In this document: piece by piece, positions 48,562 through 54,128 of the stretch
Layout of the letters: every line of letters begins with the position of its first letter
Position numbering within the stretch: position 1 is the first letter of the stretch
The notes under the pieces: model-generated
Database searches by the model: none
What the model saw: the letters and a program-made list of their open reading frames with translations, nothing else
What the model was told of the DNA's origin: nothing
Program-made: the position numbers and the translations under genes
Virus record (IMG/VR): IMGVR_UViG_3300020045_002265
Location: 1 to 55,232 of that record
Reading direction: 5' to 3' (one strand)
DNA: 55,232 nucleotides
From: a virus
Lineage: Duplodnaviria > Caudoviricetes

Positions 48562-48705
48562 ATTGAATCAAATAGATTCTTGATAGATATGTGTAGCTTC
48601 TAAGGTTACACTCAAGTTGATACTTATAGTGTGGGTTAATGCTTGTTCTTATTAAGTCCCTTATCTCAGAGATCTTATTATTGATATTAGCAGGAGTAAC
48701 TGTTG

Positions 48706-48786
48706 TTACTTTAGGCTTGACTCGCCTGATCCTGAACCAATTTTACCGCCACTTCCGGGGCCAACTTTGTTATCTGTAACTTTCAT
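48706..48786 (-). CDS. 26-aa Gly/Ser-rich peptide
   Basis: MKVTDNKVGPGSGGKIGSGSGESSLK; GGAG RBS 7 nt before the ATG. Confidence 0.45.
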   Translation of the reverse strand: MKVTDNKVGPGSGGKIGSGSGESSLK

Positions 48787-48804
48787 ATTTATCTCCATTG
48801 TAAT

Positions 48805-48878
48805 TGGCAGGCCATGTAGGTATCGAACCCACGTCTTCAGGGTTGGAGCCTGACATTCTACCATTGAACTAACGACCT
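48805..48878 (-). tRNA. tRNA-Trp(CCA)
   Basis: Cloverleaf; TCAGG-CTCCAAC-CCTGA; CCA end. Confidence 0.9.
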
Positions 48879-48884
48879 ATAATT

Positions 48885-48999
48885 TGGTGCAGAGGGTAGG
48901 AATCGAACCTACGTTATTTCACTTATGGTTTGAATTGAATTTTAAGTTGTTTGCTGCAATAATCCTTAACAGGATATAGTCCAACATTTCAACCTCTGC
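48885..48999 (-). ncRNA. tRNA-like RNA (acceptor stem, T-arm, CCA) carrying a permuted CAGCAA-motif stem (unit H)
   Basis: GCAGAGG/CCTCTGC-ACCA and GTAGG-TTCGATT-CCTAC. No D-arm or canonical anticodon arm. Internal ATCCT-GTTA-AGGATTATTG-CAGCAAAC. Confidence 0.75.
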
Positions 49000-49004
49000 A
49001 TATT

Positions 49005-49080
49005 TGGTGGAATCAGTGAGAATCGAACTCACCACAGAAAAGGTGCAAACCTCTCTCGCCCCCTTGGCACATGTGACCCC
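49005..49080 (-). tRNA. tRNA-Ala(TGC)
   Basis: G3.U70 pair; loop TTTGCAC; CCA end. Confidence 0.85.
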
Positions 49081-49084
49081 ATAT

Positions 49085-49159
49085 TGGTGCATTCTCTTGG
49101 TAACGATCCAAGCTTTTACCCTCTTCAGGGGTACGCTAATCCATCTCAGCTAAGAATGC
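49085..49159 (-). tRNA. tRNA-Phe(GAA)
   Basis: TACCC-CTGAAGA-GGGTA; GCATTCT/AGAATGC-ACCA. Confidence 0.88.
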
Positions 49160-49160
49160 T

Positions 49161-49248
49161 TGGAGGAAGATAAAGGAATCGAACCCTCAACGCTCATCAC
49201 ATTGGCGACTGATTTCAAGTCAGTTTGTCCCCATGGACGCTACCTTCC
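49161..49248 (-). tRNA. tRNA-Ser(TGA)
   Basis: ACTGA-CTTGAAA-TCAGT; long variable arm; CCA end. Confidence 0.88.
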
Positions 49249-49364
49249 AATAAATTTGGTCGGGCTTTATTTTTGTATCTCATTTGGCCTTCTCCCGTTA
49301 GAACTTATATTGCTATTATTCTTTTGCCACTTCATTCAGGTGCTACCTGACAACTTCTTAAATT

Positions 49365-49440
49365 TGGTACTAGACCAGAGATTCGAACCATCACTTTCAA
49401 GATTTTAAGTCTTGTGCCTCTGCCGTTGGGCTAATGGAGC
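49365..49440 (-). tRNA. tRNA-Leu(TAA), degenerate, possibly a pseudo-tRNA
   Basis: Good D-arm and CAAGA-CTTAAAA-TCTTG, but two mismatches each in the acceptor and T stems and a short variable region. Confidence 0.55.
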
Positions 49441-49448
49441 ATTTAATT

Positions 49449-49525
49449 TGGTCTCTATGGCTGGACTCGAACCAACAACCCCTCGCTTCCAAAGCGAGCC
49501 GTCTACCAATTGACATTACACAGAG
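49449..49525 (-). tRNA. tRNA-Pro(TGG)
   Basis: CTCGC-TTTGGAA-GCGAG; CTCTGTG/CATAGAG-ACCA. Confidence 0.88.
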
Positions 49526-49583
49526 ATAATAAGTTTTGAATATTTAACGTCTGGATAACTATGAACCACGACAAAAATACTAT

Positions 49584-49658
49584 TGGCGACACTTATGGGT
49601 TACGATCCCATGACCTTTCCCGTGACAGGGGAGTGCTCTACCTCTGAGCTAAAGTGCC
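49584..49658 (-). tRNA. tRNA-Asp(GTC)
   Basis: Loop CTGTCAC; GGCACTT/AAGTGTC-GCCA. Confidence 0.88.
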
Positions 49659-49663
49659 ATATT

Positions 49664-49739
49664 TGGAAGCGAATACAGGAGTCGAACCTGTAACTAAAGG
49701 TTATGAGCCTTTCGGGATACCATTTCCACACAATTCGCA
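49664..49739 (-). tRNA. tRNA-Met(CAT), initiator-like
   Basis: AAAGG-CTCATAA-CCTTT; 1:72 mismatch; CCA end. Confidence 0.82.
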
Positions 49740-49751
49740 CTTAATACTTTA

Positions 49752-49822
49752 AACAGAATGGGTTTTAGCTACTAAGCATTAATGGAGTTTAGTAAGTAAG
49801 GTTTTTGCTGTATCCATTCTTC
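49752..49822 (-). ncRNA. CAGCAA-motif (Y-like) RNA, unit G, inside the tRNA cluster
   Basis: AGAATGG/CCATTCT terminal stem, CAGCAAAA 10 nt from the stem start, 3' GTT; inner TACTAA/TTAGTA hairpin. Confidence 0.75.
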
Positions 49823-49826
49823 AATT

Positions 49827-49901
49827 TGGCAGGAGATGGTGGCTTCGATCCACCCACTAGAGATTCAAAGTCTCGTGTTTTACCAAATAAACTAATCTCC
49901 A
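49827..49901 (-). tRNA. tRNA-Gln(TTG)
   Basis: Loop CTTTGAA; CCA end. Confidence 0.85.
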
Positions 49902-49916
49902 ACTATAAATACTTAT

Positions 49917-49990
49917 TGGGGTGACCTATGGAGTTCGCATCCACATATTCCTCCTTCACAGGGAGGGTCTTTACATTAAGATAAGGCCAC
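49917..49990 (-). tRNA. tRNA-His(GTG), atypical
   Basis: CCTCC-CTGTGAA-GGAGG; C73; T-loop TGCGAAC; the encoded -1 base is C, not G. Confidence 0.78.
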
Positions 49991-50003
49991 GCCAATAAAT
50001 ACT

Positions 50004-50079
50004 TGGCACTCTCACCGAGAGTCGAACTCGGATTACCGGCTTGAAAGGCCAGCGTTTTAACCAATTAAACTATAACAGT
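50004..50079 (-). tRNA. tRNA-Glu(TTC)
   Basis: CTGGC-CTTTCAA-GCCGG; one G:G mismatch in the acceptor stem; CCA end. Confidence 0.82.
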
Positions 50080-50483
50080 ATTAATCCTGCATGAAACTTT
50101 CTGTGGCAATTAGAACACAGAACCATACACTTTCTAATCTCAGCTTTGAAAGCTTTTGTAGAGTACCTAGACATTCTTGCTGGGTGGTCTTCCTTTATAG
50201 AAGGGTCTTTGTGATGGAGGTCAAGCGCAACTGGCTCTTTCTCTCCACAAACATAACAACCACACATACGTTTATATCTATTAACCAACTCCTTGTTGTA
50301 GCTTTTAACTTGCTTATTCCTGTCTCTAATAGCTTTCCTTTTCTTCGGGTTTGTTAGGTAGTTAGAATTGTTGTTTCTTTTACTACAATCCCTGCACTGC
50401 GTTTGTAAACCATCTTTTCTGGATGAGTTGACGTTGAACTCACTTAGTTCTTTATCAGTTGAACACTTATAGCAATGTTTCAC
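50070..50483 (-). CDS. HNH endonuclease inserted in the tRNA cluster
   Basis: GTG start after an AAGGA RBS; CxxC...CxxC zinc finger, CYVCG...LDLHH.DP...C..LCSNCHRKFH. Confidence 0.8.
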   Translation of the reverse strand: MKHCYKCSTDKELSEFNVNSSRKDGLQTQCRDCSKRNNNSNYLTNPKKRKAIRDRNKQVKSYNKELVNRYKRMCGCYVCGEKEPVALDLHHKDPSIKEDHPARMSRYSTKAFKAEIRKCMVLCSNCHRKFHAGLILL

Positions 50484-50497
50484 AAATTTCCTTAATA

Positions 50498-50573
50498 TGG
50501 AGCTACGACTGAGATTTGAACTCAGAACCTCTTGATTACAAATCAAGTACACCGCCAATTGTGTTATCGTAGC
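50498..50573 (-). tRNA. tRNA-Thr(TGT)
   Basis: CTTGA-TTTGTAA-TCAAG; GCTACGA/TCGTAGC-TCCA. Confidence 0.9.
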
Positions 50574-50574
50574 T

Positions 50575-50649
50575 TGGCTCCACATCTAGGCATCGAACCT
50601 AGCTCACACGGATTAACAGTCCGGCTGCACACCTTGTGCATTACATGGA
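50575..50649 (-). tRNA. tRNA-Asn(GTT)
   Basis: CGGA-CTGTTAA-TCCG; T-arm CTAGG-TTCGATG-CCTAG; CCA end. Confidence 0.85.
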
Positions 50650-50674
50650 ATTAAAACTACACTGTATACCTAAT

Positions 50675-50702
50675 AGTATACACTATATTTCTCATTTGTC
50701 AA
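50675..50702 (-). promoter_or_regulatory. sigma70-type promoter for the tRNA cluster
   Basis: TTGACA-16 nt-TATACT on the - strand. Confidence 0.7.
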
Positions 50703-50725
50703 TAGCTAAAGTGAAATATTTTTCA

Positions 50726-50938
50726 TTATTCACAATTTTTATTGCTAAATCTCTTGTTTTCTCTTGTTAAATCTTCATGTGCATAGAATTTATGATCCAA
50801 ATGATCTGGGTTCAGCACATAGACTCTGACACAAGTACTGCAAAATTCCTCTGGAACGACTGTACCATCGGGTAACTTTATAGTCTGCTCTAGTTCATAA
50901 TCTTCTAACTTATTATCACAAGACTTACATCTACTCAT
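50726..50938 (-). CDS. small Zn-finger-like protein
   Basis: CKSC...CSTC; 70 aa. Confidence 0.65.
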   Translation of the reverse strand: MSRCKSCDNKLEDYELEQTIKLPDGTVVPEEFCSTCVRVYVLNPDHLDHKFYAHEDLTRENKRFSNKNCE

Positions 50939-50954
50939 ATTGTTCTTCTTAAAT

Positions 50955-51031
50955 TGGTGCGGGTATAGGGACTCGAACCCTAACCATCTGGGTGGAAGCC
51001 AGAGATGCTAACCGTTAAACACCATACACGC
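50955..51031 (-). tRNA. tRNA-Gly(TCC)
   Basis: TCTGG-CTTCCAC-CCAGA; CCA end. Confidence 0.88.
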
Positions 51032-51040
51032 ATTATTAAA

Positions 51041-51102
51041 TTGTTGTGGCCGGGTGCGAAACCGGCATAAGGACTTGCGTATCGCCTACGCATTCACAAC
51101 AA
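51041..51102 (-). ncRNA. small three-way-junction RNA with complementary loops
   Basis: TTGTTGTG/CACAACAA closing stem; TGCGTA-GGCGA-TACGCA; GCCGG-TTTCGCAC-CCGGC. Confidence 0.6.
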
Positions 51103-51106
51103 TATT

Positions 51107-51180
51107 TGGAGTCTGAGATAGGATTCTAACCTACATAACATGGATTTGCAATCCAGCGCATAACACTCTGCCACCCAGAC
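51107..51180 (-). tRNA. tRNA-Cys(GCA)
   Basis: Loop TTGCAAA; GTCTGGG/CTCAGAC-TCCA (U73). Confidence 0.85.
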
Positions 51181-51275
51181 ATTTAAAAATACCACCTTGT
51201 TTGGATGCCCACGCCAAGTCAGTTTTAGGTAATTACACTGACACCCCAGAACCCTGCCATCAAGATGGTTTCTAC

Positions 51276-51404
51276 TCACTTACTACATCTAACTGGTATC
51301 TCAACATCCTCACATAAGTGATTGTCACTATACCACCAGATGAAGCCACAAACCAACAGGAATGTGGCTAATACTACTTGAGAAACTCTATATCGCCAGT
51401 TCAT
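51276..51404 (-). CDS. small membrane protein (42 aa)
   Basis: MNWRYRVSQVVLATFLLVCGFIWWYSDNHLCEDVEIPVRCSK; AGGTG RBS. Confidence 0.55.
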   Translation of the reverse strand: MNWRYRVSQVVLATFLLVCGFIWWYSDNHLCEDVEIPVRCSK

Positions 51405-51412
51405 ATTAACAC

Positions 51413-51661
51413 CTAGCTGAATGTACTACCGAACTTCTCTTTAATGGAGATTGCATTGGCAGCTTCTGCATCATGCTCAACTATTTGTACTTCCAGATCT
51501 TTAATCTTGGATTCCTTCTCCACCTTTTGAGCAGAGTGGTAGTTGGCTACTTCCTGAAGTTGTGTAAGGACTTTATTCAATCCCTCTAGAACATCACTAA
51601 CCATTGGTACTTTCTTGACTTTAGTTGCAAACATTGGAATACTCATAACAATCTCCTTCAA
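51413..51661 (-). CDS. hypothetical coiled-coil protein
   Basis: AGGAG RBS favours the internal ATG (MSIPMF...); directly downstream of the vWA gene. Confidence 0.7.
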   Translation of the reverse strand: MKEIVMSIPMFATKVKKVPMVSDVLEGLNKVLTQLQEVANYHSAQKVEKESKIKDLEVQIVEHDAEAANAISIKEKFGSTFS

Positions 51662-51664
51662 AGA

Positions 51665-53086
51665 TTAATTTAAATTATAACGCTCCGACATAATAACCGC
51701 AAGCATTTGCTCATATGGGGTTGTGTTTGGGTCTTCATTTTTGAAGATTGACTTCATCAATGATGGACTAAATCCACTAACCAAAGTTGTACCAGCTTCA
51801 CCGGCAGTCACAGGGCTTGTTGTATTTGAAGCATTCAAGTTCCAAAATACAATCTGAGGTCTGCTATATCCAGCGGCTTTGTAAAGCTCATCAATTTTAT
51901 TGAAGAGGGTTACGTTGTTGTTGCCTGAGAATGCACGATTAAATTGCATATCCGAAAATACAACAATTACTTCCGGCATCTCTTCAACTGCAACTTTGTT
52001 CTGCACAGCTGCATTAAGCACAACAGTAAATACTTTCTCTAAGTTGGTGCTACCACCCCAAGGCGCTTTGTAAGTCTGGCGTACACGTTCAGTCAATGTA
52101 CCGCTAACCTTCATAATCTGGGGATTATCATGGAAAGTAATAAACATGTCCTTGAATGCACCCTCTAACTTACCCGACAAGTATAAACCTAAACTTGCAG
52201 CAATGTCAATACACAACACTTTAGAATTACCACCAGCTGGACATTCCATTGAACTGGATACATCAATCAATGGCAGGATTCTTTTAGAATTACCTTCCAA
52301 GTAATTTGGCAAAGCATTCCATTGGGCATCCGCTACAGCACTTACACCATACTTTACTGACTTAACAATATCATAAGGGTATACAGCACCGGCATTGACC
52401 TTAGCCTCGCCTTTAGTTAAGGATTGAATGTATTCACCATATCTCTCTGGTGCATTACGCCCAAATGCCTTCTGATAACGAGCTGAGGCCACTGATGGCA
52501 ACTTACCAAACTCAATACCATTCCACTCTTTAGCACACATTTGCTGTTCAACTGTAGAGCGATTAGCTACTACATGTTTACGCCATTCTTTCTCATTATG
52601 GAAGCCCATAAGCTTACGCAAAGCTTTGGCGGTGTTACCTTTAATGGGAGTCCATTTGTAGGCTAAGCCATTACCAGCTTTAAGCGCATCAGTAAAACAC
52701 TTTAATGCTGTACTTACCACATTAATATTGCCAACATTCTCTGCAATCCACAAAAGGTCATCATAACGACCAAGTTCAGGGATTTTGGTAACTATAGTGA
52801 CCATCTTCTGATTGGCTTGATAACTCTCCGCAGCGAGTTTAAATAGGTCACGGAACAACTGACGTTCACCAGCACCCTCACGGACATCTCGAAGCCATTG
52901 CAAGATACGCAATGCTTCGTCTTGGTTCTCTGCCAAGGCAGCTATAAATTTTGAGTCAATGTTCTTTCCACGGCTTGCTCCAGCCAGATAAAATAAATCT
53001 ACGTTTGCATTTGTAGAAGTGTGGAAAGCTTTAGCACCATTCTGGGTGGTTGCTGTTGCATTCAATGCATTAAATAATGTTGTCAT
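51665..53086 (-). CDS. DUF2828-type, Ro60/TROVE-like protein with C-terminal vWA domain
   Basis: Helical N-terminal region (T.NGA, RDVREGAGER, GRYDDL, KW.P, PSVA..RY..AF); MIDAS motif DVSSSM, GSTNL, SDMQF, IVFWNL, VSGFSP; AGGAG RBS. The Ro60 relationship is inferred. Confidence 0.75.
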   Translation of the reverse strand: MTTLFNALNATATTQNGAKAFHTSTNANVDLFYLAGASRGKNIDSKFIAALAENQDEALRILQWLRDVREGAGERQLFRDLFKLAAESYQANQKMVTIVTKIPELGRYDDLLWIAENVGNINVVSTALKCFTDALKAGNGLAYKWTPIKGNTAKALRKLMGFHNEKEWRKHVVANRSTVEQQMCAKEWNGIEFGKLPSVASARYQKAFGRNAPERYGEYIQSLTKGEAKVNAGAVYPYDIVKSVKYGVSAVADAQWNALPNYLEGNSKRILPLIDVSSSMECPAGGNSKVLCIDIAASLGLYLSGKLEGAFKDMFITFHDNPQIMKVSGTLTERVRQTYKAPWGGSTNLEKVFTVVLNAAVQNKVAVEEMPEVIVVFSDMQFNRAFSGNNNVTLFNKIDELYKAAGYSRPQIVFWNLNASNTTSPVTAGEAGTTLVSGFSPSLMKSIFKNEDPNTTPYEQMLAVIMSERYNLN

Positions 53087-53106
53087 TCTATTCTCCTTTG
53101 TTTATT

Positions 53107-53182
53107 AACAGAATCAATTGTGATGAGATCACAGTACGCCGGTAAGCCCGAAGGCTTGGATTGTTTGCTGAAGTGATTCTTC
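53107..53182 (-). ncRNA. CAGCAA-motif (Y-like) RNA, unit A
   Basis: AGAATCA/TGATTCT stem, CAGCAAAC, 3' GTT; cargo AAGCC-TTCG-GGCTT and TGTGAT-CTC-ATCACA hairpins. Confidence 0.8.
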
Positions 53183-53188
53183 AAACAT

Positions 53189-53376
53189 AACAGATACAGG
53201 ATTCCGATTCATTTAACCATCATACTCGGTATATTTCTGGCGATCAAGTTTCTTCTTGCAATACCCAGTCTTCTACTGATAATATCCCAAGTCGTCTTAT
53301 TGGCTCGTTAACTGCTTTCCATTAAGCTTTAGATTGGGAATCCATTTAGTGTATTTTGTTGCTGAACTGTATCTTG
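53189..53376 (-). ncRNA. CAGCAA-motif (Y-like) RNA, unit B (188 nt)
   Basis: AGATACAG/CTGTATCT stem, CAGCAACA, 3' GTT; long multi-hairpin cargo. Confidence 0.75.
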
Positions 53377-53382
53377 AAACAT

Positions 53383-53504
53383 AACAGATTAGTTGTTTTC
53401 TTTTGCTCTACCAACTGAGCTAATATACGCCACCAAAGTGTTCACGTATATACAGGACTCGAACCTGTGACACAAAGTTTGTATTGTCGCTGTAACTAAT
53501 CTTC
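53383..53504 (-). ncRNA. YrlA-like RNA with a circularly permuted tRNA domain, unit C
   Basis: AGATTAGTT/AACTAATCT stem, CAGCGACA; T-arm ACAGG-TTCGAGT-CCTGT, closed acceptor ATATACG/CGTATAT, then D-arm TAGCTCAGTTGGTAGAGC. Confidence 0.88.
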
Positions 53505-53510
53505 AATTTA

Positions 53511-53577
53511 AACAGGCTGCAATCAACGGTTTTAGATTAAAAGTCTAATGTTTGATTTGTTTGCTGTAAGCAGCCTT
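53511..53577 (-). ncRNA. CAGCAA-motif RNA carrying a tRNA-Lys(UUU) anticodon stem-loop, unit D
   Basis: AGGCTGC/GCAGCCT stem, CAGCAAAC; inner ATCAA/TTGAT and TTAGA-CTTTTAA-TCTAA. Confidence 0.82.
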
Positions 53578-53586
53578 TAATTCTTT

Positions 53587-53711
53587 AACGGAATGTATTT
53601 ACTGTACGTGTGCTACCATTACACCATCAACAGGCTTACGCCCAGATTGCAGGACTCGAACCCACTCCACGATCTTCAAATGATAAGTAATTTATTGCTG
53701 TAAACATTCCT
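53587..53711 (-). ncRNA. YrlA-like RNA with a circularly permuted tRNA domain, unit E
   Basis: GGAATGT/ACATTCC stem, CAGCAATA; T-arm GTGGG-TTCGAGT-CCTGC, GGGC-GTAA-GCCT capped acceptor-like stem, D-arm TGGTGTAATGGTAGCAC. Confidence 0.82.
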
Positions 53712-53719
53712 AAAACTAT

Positions 53720-53781
53720 AACAGAGAGCTGTTTGCTTCTTACGGCCTATGCAAGAGTTTTGTTTGCTGTAAGCTCTCTTC
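53720..53781 (-). ncRNA. CAGCAA-motif (Y-like) RNA, unit F
   Basis: AGAGAGCT/AGCTCTCT stem, CAGCAAAC, 3' GTT; inner TCTTGC-ATAGGCC-GTAAGA hairpin. Confidence 0.8.
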
Positions 53782-53797
53782 AAATTTCAATGTAACC

Positions 53798-53825
53798 ATA
53801 TTACCACATTTTTCAAATTTTGCAA
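53798..53825 (-). promoter_or_regulatory. sigma70-type promoter driving the RNA array and vWA gene
   Basis: TTGCAA-16 nt-TAATAT with extended -10 TG, 16 nt upstream of unit F. Confidence 0.6.
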
Positions 53826-53855
53826 CTACTTTCTTAGATCATTTTAGTATTAAAA

Positions 53856-54128
53856 CTATCTACTTAATAAGTCTTTCATAATTTCATCAAATGACTGTGT
53901 TGCTGGATCAAATAGCTTAAACAGACAACTACCATGAAACAATTTATCCTCAATTCCACCTAGTAAATAGGCGAAGCACAAATGCTTATCACCATTACTT
54001 GTTGTCTGCATACCATAGTATACATTCACTATTTGATAAAAGCCAGCTAACTCTGGCATTCTTTCAAGCTTTAATTCTACCCACTCGCCAACTTGGAAAT
54101 AAGGACTATCTCTCACTCTGATTCCCAC
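53856..54128 (-). CDS. hypothetical protein
   Basis: FQVGEWV motif; coupled ORF series. Confidence 0.6.
   Translation of the reverse strand: MGIRVRDSPYFQVGEWVELKLERMPELAGFYQIVNVYYGMQTTSNGDKHLCFAYLLGGIEDKLFHGSCLFKLFDPATQSFDEIMKDLLSR

Noticed and set aside
48885-48999. tmRNA or ordinary tRNA-Asn
   Set aside because: Only 115 nt, A3-U70 rather than G3.U70, no tag ORF, no D-arm, and no 5-bp stem around a 7-nt loop.
49300-49325. AGAATAATAGCAATATAAGTTCT as a ninth CAGCAA unit
   Set aside because: It has TAGC instead of CAGC, the wrong spacing (7 rather than 10 nt) and no 3' GTT.
49160-49408. + strand ORF 49160-49408, and similar ORFs 48345-48527 and 51094-51279
   Set aside because: Shadow ORFs over tRNA genes.
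50484-50585. N-terminal extension of the HNH ORF 50070-50585
   Set aside because: It runs through tRNA-Thr; the GTG at 50483 has an RBS.
53672-53684. Gln(UUG)-like anticodon loop ATC-ATTTGAA-GAT inside unit E
   Set aside because: Only a 3-bp stem with a purine at position 32; too weak to claim without homologs.
53107-53781. CRISPR array interpretation of the repeated AACAG...TTGCTG pattern
   Set aside because: The repeats are not identical, unit lengths range from 62 to 188 nt, each unit's ends pair with each other, and no cas genes are present.
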